Shown here piece by piece: positions 7,343-14,644 of a stretch of 64,000 nucleotides of DNA. Each line of letters starts with the position of its first letter. Position 1 is the stretch's first letter. The stretch spans positions 1-64,000 of IMG/VR virus record IMGVR_UViG_3300027141_000003, one strand, 5' to 3'. The notes under the pieces were generated by a model that saw only the letters and a program-made list of their open reading frames with translations, was not told the DNA's origin and ran no database searches. Source of the DNA: a virus. The translations under genes were made by a program, and so were the position numbers.

Positions 7343-7470
7343 GCTGCCCGCAACAGCTGAGGGGAATAAAGTCTATTTACGGATAACATATATAAATCCT
7401 GGAAATTGGACATATTGGACATATATCTATCTGATCATAGCTTTTGTGGTGTGAATCACACGATATTGCA

Positions 7471-7500
7471 TAGACAAATGTCAGTGGTCCATTATATAAT
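7471..7500 (+). promoter_or_regulatory. PafBC-type promoter with TAGACA -35
   Basis: TAGACAAA TGTCAG-N10-TATAAT. Confidence 0.8.
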
Positions 7501-7527
7501 TAGAACCTATCAACGAAAGGATATAAA

Positions 7528-8319
7528 ATGCCAAATTGGTGTTACAACACATTAACTATCCAAGGACCTAAGTCTGAGGTAGATATGATTAAAGATAGAT
7601 TGAATGCTCCATTTACATTAGCACAAGAGACATATGGTATGGGTGATATTAGTCTTTCAGGATTCCCCACCAAAATTGAACAGGTAAGTTATTCTAATCC
7701 TGTCTTTGCTTTCTTTAATATCCACTCATATAAAGATGAGGGAATTACTGATGAGGAATATGCCTGCCAGCCTTCTCGTGGTAACTATGATATACAAAAT
7801 GACCCTGATTGGTTCCGCAAGTCTGTTGAGTTCGCTAAGACTCAGAAGGATTGGTATTCTTGGAATAATTCTAATTGGGGAACTAAATGGGATGTAGCCG
7901 TCCGTGACGGTGATGAATATCCTGAAACAGAATTGCTTGAATATAAATCAGAAGGTGATGACAACTGGGTTATCTATAAGTATGAGACTGCTTGGTCACC
8001 TGCTGTAACTATCTTAACTAAACTATCTAATCTTGTTCCTAACTGCCTGCTTACTTTAGAGTTTGAGGAAGAGACAGGTTGGGGTGGGGAATATGAGATT
8101 GTTCGTGGTGAAGTAAAAGAACTAGTTGAATATGAAAATCGTTGTAATGAATGTGATTCATATGACACATTGTCTTATTGTGAGAATGACTGCGGTGAAT
8201 TCTGTTCTGAATGCGAGCACGGCTCTTGGAGAGACGAAGAGGCTATGAAAGAATGTCAGACCCATATGCTAACATTACCTATTAAGACCTACACACAGGA
8301 AGAGGCACTAAATGGCTAG
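7528..8319 (+). CDS. DUF1281/YubB ferredoxin-like domain protein
   Basis: MPNWCYN, WGTKWD and TAWSP motifs; Cys-rich C-terminus. Confidence 0.8.
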   Translation: MPNWCYNTLTIQGPKSEVDMIKDRLNAPFTLAQETYGMGDISLSGFPTKIEQVSYSNPVFAFFNIHSYKDEGITDEEYACQPSRGNYDIQNDPDWFRKSVEFAKTQKDWYSWNNSNWGTKWDVAVRDGDEYPETELLEYKSEGDDNWVIYKYETAWSPAVTILTKLSNLVPNCLLTLEFEEETGWGGEYEIVRGEVKELVEYENRCNECDSYDTLSYCENDCGEFCSECEHGSWRDEEAMKECQTHMLTLPIKTYTQEEALNG

Positions 8320-8536
8320 TTTCTTAGAAGATGTAAATCAAATGGTAATTGACGCTTGCTATCAAGATATAGCAGAACAATTACTTGAAGATTGGATTAA
8401 TAATAATCTTGACGAAGGGCAATATTATGCAGATAAGCAATTTGCTGAAATGTCAGGAGATAAGTTTGTTCAATCTGAATTTAATAAGTTCTATGAACTT
8501 AAAGAGGGAGATGAGGGTTACATTGACATACTATAA
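8312..8536 (+). CDS. acidic hypothetical protein
   Basis: Overlapping ORF. Confidence 0.7.
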   Translation: MASFLEDVNQMVIDACYQDIAEQLLEDWINNNLDEGQYYADKQFAEMSGDKFVQSEFNKFYELKEGDEGYIDIL

Positions 8537-8693
8537 CTTTGTAATTAGATTACACGGTGCAGTTGGCGCTAATAGCGAACAAGAAGCAATTGAGAAAATC
8601 AATGGACACTTAGATGACCTAGGTGATGTTGAAAGTATTATTAAGTATGACTTAGGTTGGCCTGAGACATCTTGGGAATTGGAGGAAGCATAA
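8523..8693 (+). CDS. hypothetical protein
   Basis: Probable TTG start after GAGGG. Confidence 0.55.
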   Translation: MTYYNFVIRLHGAVGANSEQEAIEKINGHLDDLGDVESIIKYDLGWPETSWELEEA

Positions 8694-8875
8694 TGTTAGG
8701 ATATACGGAATCTGATCTAAATAGGATGATTAATGCTATACACGATTCAAAGCTTTTTTATCTTAGGACCCCGTCAGATTTAATGGACAAGGAGCCTTTG
8801 AGGAAAGACTTGGAAGACGCTGTTAGTTTCTTGCAAGGTTTGTGGGCGGAGGGTTACTTTGACTACACAAACTAA
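8693..8875 (+). CDS. hypothetical protein
   Basis: GGAGG RBS; TAATG coupling. Confidence 0.65.
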   Translation: MLGYTESDLNRMINAIHDSKLFYLRTPSDLMDKEPLRKDLEDAVSFLQGLWAEGYFDYTN

Positions 8876-9044
8876 ATCTAGTAAGTTCATAGAGTATATG
8901 AAGATACATCTAATTAGTCTTAACCAGGACTTAGAGGGTGATTATAATGTTCAATCTAAGATTAATATCCAGGGACAAATTATGGCAACCGAACATTTAT
9001 TGTCAGTGGCGACTGATATAATGAATGAAAACGAAAGGGTCTAA
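8859..9044 (+). CDS. hypothetical protein with embedded promoter
   Basis: Ends ...LSVATDIMNENERV. Confidence 0.6.
   Translation: MTTQTKSSKFIEYMKIHLISLNQDLEGDYNVQSKINIQGQIMATEHLLSVATDIMNENERV
9001..9022 (+). promoter_or_regulatory. PafBC-type promoter
   Basis: TGTCAG-N10-TATAAT. Confidence 0.75.
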
Positions 9045-9045
9045 T

Positions 9046-9324
9046 ATGGAAACTCTATATAAGGATGATGAACTTCCTTTGCACCTCCAGCGTTTAGTTG
9101 ACGCAGGTGTTAATGGATTAGATATAATGCACGGCGAACTAAAGAATCTAATGTTGATTGCCGAAGAGCAATTGGCTTGGGCTCAGGCAATTGAAGATGA
9201 GACCGAAGAGGCAATGGATTCAATGGCACGTACAGAGGCGGAAGGACGACTAGATACTCTAGTTGAACTATATAAACTAACATATGCTTTATCATTTGCG
9301 ATTGGAGCACGTAATGAAGCCTGA
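9046..9324 (+). CDS. hypothetical protein
   Basis: AACGAAAGGG RBS. Confidence 0.7.
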   Translation: METLYKDDELPLHLQRLVDAGVNGLDIMHGELKNLMLIAEEQLAWAQAIEDETEEAMDSMARTEAEGRLDTLVELYKLTYALSFAIGARNEA

Positions 9325-9634
9325 AGATAAAGATAAACTAAACGAATGTTTGGCTATTCTAGATAAGACGGACCTAGGTCTATCCTTAGTTTGGCTATGG
9401 ACTTGGTCTACCATTAACAACATATTTGAGGATGAGACGTACAGGCAGAACTGCACCATAGATGAGATGTGGGACCACCTCTGTGAGGCTGTAGAGGCGG
9501 GCCAGGGCTTCTCTCTGGAGTACGGGGCAGAACAGCACAATGATGACGTCCTTGACTGGATGTTAAGCCGTGACTACATTGTTGACTCAATGTTTGAAGA
9601 AGAGGAAGAGGAGGAAGAAGATGAAGATGAGTGA
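9314..9634 (+). CDS. acidic hypothetical protein with poly-Glu tail
   Basis: Overlapping ORF. Confidence 0.7.
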   Translation: MKPEDKDKLNECLAILDKTDLGLSLVWLWTWSTINNIFEDETYRQNCTIDEMWDHLCEAVEAGQGFSLEYGAEQHNDDVLDWMLSRDYIVDSMFEEEEEEEEDEDE

Positions 9635-9914
9635 CACCTACATCAATGATCAGTTAAGTAAGGCCCAAGCTTTGTTATGGTCTGGATCTCTACACGAGGT
9701 AGACGAAGCACATAACATTGTATCTAATCTAATACAAGATAGGTTGGGCAATGAGTAAATATAAAGTAAAGATAGAGATAGTAGGGGGAGTCCCATATGT
9801 TCTTGAATGCCCACCTGAAGTAGATGTTGAGATTAAACAGGTTAATCATTGGCAGAGGTGGCGTGAACAACAAAAACTAATTAAAGATAAGTTGGTAAAG
9901 GAAGGAGGGCAAAA

Positions 9915-10148
9915 ATGACTCATTATGAGCCGAGCTTAGAAATCCTGGAAGTTGAGTATTCTTGTAGTCCAGGAGGAATTGATCTATTTGAAGTCTATGA
10001 TAAATCTGATATACCTTTATCTGTCCCAATATATGAGACAGAGAACTTGACCGATGCGGTCCTATTCTGTTACAATTTAGGTAAAGACTTTACTGTCAGG
10101 ACATTAGCGGAATGGAATGAAAGGGAGTTGGAGTATGCCTCTATATAG
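9915..10148 (+). CDS. hypothetical protein
   Basis: AAGGAGG RBS. Confidence 0.7.
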   Translation: MTHYEPSLEILEVEYSCSPGGIDLFEVYDKSDIPLSVPIYETENLTDAVLFCYNLGKDFTVRTLAEWNERELEYASI

Positions 10149-10335
10149 AGTGTTTGGTACCAAGTATAAAAACTACTACACAATTGTTTCGGCTGCCGAC
10201 GAATATCAAGCAGCGGAGATTGCAAACCTGCGTCCAGAAACTGATTGGGACGCAATTGTTACGGATGACGTCATTGAGGCGACAGACGTATTCTTAGATG
10301 AAGATACCGAGATAGATTTAAATCTCAACATATAG
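10135..10335 (+). CDS. acidic hypothetical protein
   Basis: Overlapping ORF. Confidence 0.65.
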   Translation: MPLYRVFGTKYKNYYTIVSAADEYQAAEIANLRPETDWDAIVTDDVIEATDVFLDEDTEIDLNLNI

Positions 10336-10346
10336 GCGGAAAGCTA

Positions 10347-10375
10347 TTTACAATTTCGTAAATAGTTGATATAAT
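10347..10375 (+). promoter_or_regulatory. sigma-A-type promoter
   Basis: TTTACA-N17-TATAAT. Confidence 0.65.
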
Positions 10376-10407
10376 AAATATAAACATCTCTTGAAAGGGG
10401 ATCTAAA

Positions 10408-10554
10408 ATGGCAACAAAGCGTGAATATCTAAAGTCACAAGGAATTACAGTTGGCCTACGTGGGCGCTTCTCAGCTGCAGCAGTAAAAGCTCTATCAGAT
10501 GCACAGACCAAGGGCATCACATTCGAGGCGGAAACAAAGTCAGCAAAGAAGTAA
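10408..10554 (+). CDS. Lsr2-like DNA-binding domain protein (48 aa)
   Basis: REYLKSQGITVGLRGRFSAAAV matches the Lsr2 C-terminal RGR AT-hook pattern. Confidence 0.65.
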   Translation: MATKREYLKSQGITVGLRGRFSAAAVKALSDAQTKGITFEAETKSAKK

Positions 10555-10589
10555 CTAATCTATTGTACGATCACGAGGGGCTGGCTAAA

Positions 10590-10611
10590 TGTCAGTCCTT
10601 CGTGCTATAAT
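10590..10611 (+). promoter_or_regulatory. PafBC-type promoter
   Basis: TGTCAG-N10-TATAAT. Confidence 0.75.
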
Positions 10612-10637
10612 CAAAGGTCATAGAGAAGAGGCGGAAT

Positions 10638-11048
10638 ATGAAAACCAAAGAAGAGCAAATCGGAGAACTTCTAGCAAATTCAGTAGAAGACCATTTCTTC
10701 AACCCTGCCGCTTTAGGCAGGTATCTAGCAGACCAACCGACATACACCTTAGACCGTGTTATGGAGGTAGTAGCGTGGGTTATAGAGAAGCAGGCAAGAC
10801 GATATGACCGAGAACTGGAAACGGGTGGGGCGATATCAGAAGGTCTTGCTATTGCTTCTAAGTTAGACTTAGTTATAGATAAGATAAGTCGGGAGAATGA
10901 ACTAAAGAATGTCAAATTGCCTATGACTCCAAATCAAAGGCGGGCGTTCATAAAGAGTCTCCCTAAAGAACAAGAACAATCATATAGATACTCTTGGCTA
11001 CACGAAACAAATAATCAATCTAATACATTTGTAAACCAGGGAATGTAA
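10638..11048 (+). CDS. hypothetical protein, last gene of the + block
   Basis: ORF after promoter. Confidence 0.75.
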   Translation: MKTKEEQIGELLANSVEDHFFNPAALGRYLADQPTYTLDRVMEVVAWVIEKQARRYDRELETGGAISEGLAIASKLDLVIDKISRENELKNVKLPMTPNQRRAFIKSLPKEQEQSYRYSWLHETNNQSNTFVNQGM

Positions 11049-11076
11049 ATCTAAATAGATCTAATATAGCCCAGAA

Positions 11077-11113
11077 TTATCCACAGGTTTATCCACAGCC
11101 TGTGGATTTTTTT
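11077..11113 (+). terminator. intrinsic terminator built from DnaA boxes
   Basis: ATCCACAGG/CCTGTGGAT stem plus T-run; TTATCCACA at 11077 and 11089. Confidence 0.65.
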
Positions 11114-11123
11114 GTGAAAAAAA

Positions 11124-11390
11124 TGTGGGCCGAATTTTCCATTTACGACACATGAAAAAAAGTCCCTGAAATTGTGGGCCATATATTCCATTTACGACGA
11201 GCTATAAAAAATCCCTCAAATTCTAGGAAAAAGTATATCTAATCTAATATAATGTATATGGAATCATAGAGAACATATAATGAATCTGGCATAATATACC
11301 CAGAATTGGTCAAAATTTTTCTATAGAAATCTATTGACAATGTGGGCCAAATATGCTATTTACGAGGCTATTGACAGGATCCCTGAAATA
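11124..11390 (+). repeat. three copies of TGTGGGCC...TTACG-N16-CCCTGAAAT in the non-coding junction
   Basis: Copies starting about 11124, 11173 and 11341. Confidence 0.8.
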
Positions 11391-11720
11391 TGATAGGCAT
11401 ATGGGGTCTATGTGGAGCAAAATGGATTAAAATGGGGGCTTATGGAGCCCTGCCCAATTACACATATAACTAAATAGATATAATATAATAGTAATTGCTA
11501 TAGAATTAGTAGTAATTATTCTGGTAGATCATCTCTAGAATATGCCAAATAAGGCTCTAGGAGGCTATATGAGAGGTGTTTAAATGCGGGGGGGATATAG
11601 GAGTGCTCTACTTGCAGATACTGCAATTCCTTGAGCGATATAGCTCCACTAGTGAGGATACTATGGCAATGGCTGATATACCTAACATTAGATAGATCCA
11701 GTATACGTACCAGATAGCCA

Positions 11721-11909
11721 TTATTTACACAACATACAGTAGAAAGGATTTCTCATATGATCTTTATGGATCACAAGGGTCTGAGCACATTTAGAGCATA
11801 CAGCATCTATATAATCTGTCTCTCTTTTGGGTATATTGACCTTTGGGTTTCTTGTATAGTATAGCTTGGTTATATACCATGTAATGGCTATTAGTAGTAG
11901 TTCTATCAT
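11721..11909 (-). CDS. membrane-anchored zinc-finger protein
   Basis: N-terminal hydrophobic segment; CxxC...CxxC. Confidence 0.6.
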   Translation of the reverse strand: MIELLLIAITWYITKLYYTRNPKVNIPKRETDYIDAVCSKCAQTLVIHKDHMRNPFYCMLCK

Positions 11910-11921
11910 CGGTTCCCGCCC

Positions 11922-12143
11922 TTATCTATTTGGTCCCATAAATGGGGTTATTCTACTTTTACGACTACCCTTATAGCCGTCATCAAAATCTTTTAGTTCA
12001 TCATACCCATATCCTGCATTATTTAGATCTGGTTGGGGATTGGGCATATCATCGCCCATAGCACCACAATTAAAGCATGTAATTTGACCATCAAGGTCTA
12101 GTTGATAGTCACATCCATATTTAGTACAAATGGCATCGCTCAT
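11922..12143 (-). CDS. Cys-rich hypothetical protein
   Basis: ORF track. Confidence 0.6.
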   Translation of the reverse strand: MSDAICTKYGCDYQLDLDGQITCFNCGAMGDDMPNPQPDLNNAGYGYDELKDFDDGYKGSRKSRITPFMGPNR

Positions 12144-12353
12144 TTAATACCCTCCCATACATTCATTACGAGTATGATATAGCCTGATCTTATTCATAAT
12201 CTTCTTACTAGGAGCATATAGCTCTTCCCCACAGCAAGCAGTTTTTAGATGCCATTCTCTGGCAAAGAAGTCATACTTCATGCCCTTGAATTTGGCATAC
12301 TTGATTGCTACAAATGTAGCAAATGGATCAGGTATCTCTAGGTTCTGAATCAT
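12144..12353 (-). CDS. hypothetical protein (leaderless)
   Basis: TATAAT 6 nt before ATG. Confidence 0.65.
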   Translation of the reverse strand: MIQNLEIPDPFATFVAIKYAKFKGMKYDFFAREWHLKTACCGEELYAPSKKIMNKIRLYHTRNECMGGY

Positions 12354-12827
12354 ATAGTAATTATACTATATCTGTCAGGTACTGACAAGGGGGTTCTTAC
12401 CGCCGCACTTTTTCACTATTCGGGCCTATATAGTACTATTTAACTACTTAAATCTTGAATATAGTGGCATTGGCATACCCCTATGACTGCGTAGCCTTGT
12501 TTAGCTATTTCAGCCACATCTGTATACTTGGCCTTATTTGTGCAGTAATGGCATTTCTCGTCCTTTGGATCAATATCCATATAGGCTTCAAGGTTGTCTA
12601 GTATTCCCATTATCGTTCCCCTTTATTACATTAGATATCTATTGTAGCATTTATTTATTCGTGGAGATCTGGACTCATCCATAGATCACCTATGATAATG
12701 GTATATCTTAATTTCAGTTGAGTAGAACTACATTTAAGACATTTAGGTATGTAGCTTATTTCGTGTGATAATTCTAAATACAACTCGGCTTTACATTTAC
12801 ATATAAAGGAATAAGTATAGTCTCCTG

Positions 12828-13073
12828 CTACCATAGCTCATCTGGATTGAATTCGGATCTATCCTTTACCCGCTTCCATTTACCATAAAGATTAGGTTCT
12901 TCTGATCCTATATACTCCTGACCCGTCTCTAAATCAATTAGAAGCCATTTACTTGGAGCCTTGGTATGTATTGTTAGGTCTACTGCTTTATCGGTTTCTG
13001 GAACTTCTGTTCCGTTTAAAAGCTTTCTCACACTGCTGGTTGCCTTGGTATGGTAACTAAACAATAAAGGCAT
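12828..13073 (-). CDS. conserved hypothetical protein (TKAPSKWLLIDLETG)
   Basis: ORF track; true start probably internal. Confidence 0.55.
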   Translation of the reverse strand: MPLLFSYHTKATSSVRKLLNGTEVPETDKAVDLTIHTKAPSKWLLIDLETGQEYIGSEEPNLYGKWKRVKDRSEFNPDELW

Positions 13074-13164
13074 ACATCATAGTCTGAGCCAGTATAAGGG
13101 CAAGACCCTATGTGCTTTAGTCTATGGCCCTTAAATCGGCATACAATAGATTTAAGTCTATTAA

Positions 13165-13422
13165 TCACTCAAAGTCCCTTTGGTTTTCCAATAGTTTATT
13201 TATGTCTAACTTTTTATCGTTAGACCAATGTATGTAAGATCTAATATAGACTATGGCATAGGCTATAGCTGAGAATATGAATCCATATTGATCAGTAATT
13301 AAAGCATATGCAATCCATAATACTTCATTGAATAGAAGCACAAACCATCCCCATATTGTCTTTCGACCAACAAAGTATATGCCTGCTACGCCAATAACGG
13401 CTAATACATATGACCACATCAT
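13165..13422 (-). CDS. small PnuC-like membrane protein
   Basis: Three hydrophobic segments with the WGW...LWIAYA...YG pattern. Confidence 0.55.
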   Translation of the reverse strand: MMWSYVLAVIGVAGIYFVGRKTIWGWFVLLFNEVLWIAYALITDQYGFIFSAIAYAIVYIRSYIHWSNDKKLDINKLLENQRDFE

Positions 13423-13694
13423 TTAGGTTCAGCCTCTTCTCTTGCCCACTGGTCTTCCCATAATCCCATCAATGATTCGTTTCCAATATCGTCAAAGTAA
13501 TAACGCTTGGCGTTACTGTTGTATGTCCAGCCATACCATCTATCGCCTTCCGCCCAAGTTAGATTAGTTGGTCCTTCTTCTTCGTGTTGTTTAAGGATGC
13601 GTAGCAATTCATCATTGTCATGAACAACCGCCTCAATTGCATCTCTGAGGCGCTTAGGACGCATAAGGTATTTTTCTACAAAATTAACTAACAT
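13419..13694 (-). CDS. hypothetical protein
   Basis: ORF track. Confidence 0.6.
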   Translation of the reverse strand: MLVNFVEKYLMRPKRLRDAIEAVVHDNDELLRILKQHEEEGPTNLTWAEGDRWYGWTYNSNAKRYYFDDIGNESLMGLWEDQWAREEAEPK

Positions 13695-14041
13695 TTTCTA
13701 TCTTCCCGCCGCACTTTTCTATTCACTATTCTAGGTCAATATCTTCTTCTATATCGAATAAATTATAATCGATATTCCTTAATTGATTAAAGCTAATATA
13801 TGCTAGATATCCCACAATAGCAATACCTGCTGCAAATGCCAAAAGGCTAATTGTTTTGTTATTCATTGTGACAGTCTTCTTCCTGTAGTATTCTATTATA
13901 TAACACTGTCTAGGACATTGTCAATAGCATCGTCTATTGTTTTGTCGTGCTCTTTTGAGCAATTACCGCATTCTTTACACATAAAACTCCAATAAAGATC
14001 CCCACCAGCCCTGCGTTTGCAGGGCAGTGGGGAATACTTAA

Positions 14042-14260
14042 TTAAACTTTCTTCGGCCTACCAGATTTCTTTTGACCAAGTACGGTTTCTCTTCTGATAC
14101 CGTGCTTATTTGTATCAACCTTGGTTGGTGGTCTTGGACCAGAAAACCCAGATTTAAATTTACCCTGTGTAGGCTTTTTTCTTTCTACTTCTTGAGATGT
14201 TACTGCGCCAGATGGTTGATTATTTGGCGGAGTAGCCATACCTGTGCCGTTTTCACTCAT
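14042..14260 (-). CDS. basic disordered hypothetical protein
   Basis: ORF followed by a hairpin terminator at about 13995-14035. Confidence 0.6.
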   Translation of the reverse strand: MSENGTGMATPPNNQPSGAVTSQEVERKKPTQGKFKSGFSGPRPPTKVDTNKHGIRRETVLGQKKSGRPKKV

Positions 14261-14644
14261 TAATGAATTGTCTTGTCTGCTCAGGTGTTGAAGTCATGTT
14301 TAATGTTAAACCTGATTCACCATCTCTTGAAACATCATTGATAGTTACTGGAACAATACCAGTTTCGCTACCCAATGCTTCGCAACCACATTCAACGCAC
14401 ACTATTACTTACCGTTGTTTCCAAGTCCTGCGCCATCTTGTGATGACTTGTCTGTTGCTGGGAAAGCTGATGCTGGTGCCTGTCCTGTTGGATTTAGATC
14501 CAAGTTGTTTGTCGCTCCTGGCTTTGTTTCGTTAAAGCCTGTTAAGTTAATTCCGTCTGACATGTTATTCTCCTATAGGTTTATTATTTAGATGGGTCTA
14601 GAAATCCATCTATATGACTATTATAGCATTTATTTTTTAATAGA

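Noticed and set aside
1316-11390. Early-region repeats as a CRISPR array or integron attC array
   Set aside because: Copies are separated by whole genes, conservation is in short blocks, and there is no integrase or attC-like long imperfect palindrome in the window.
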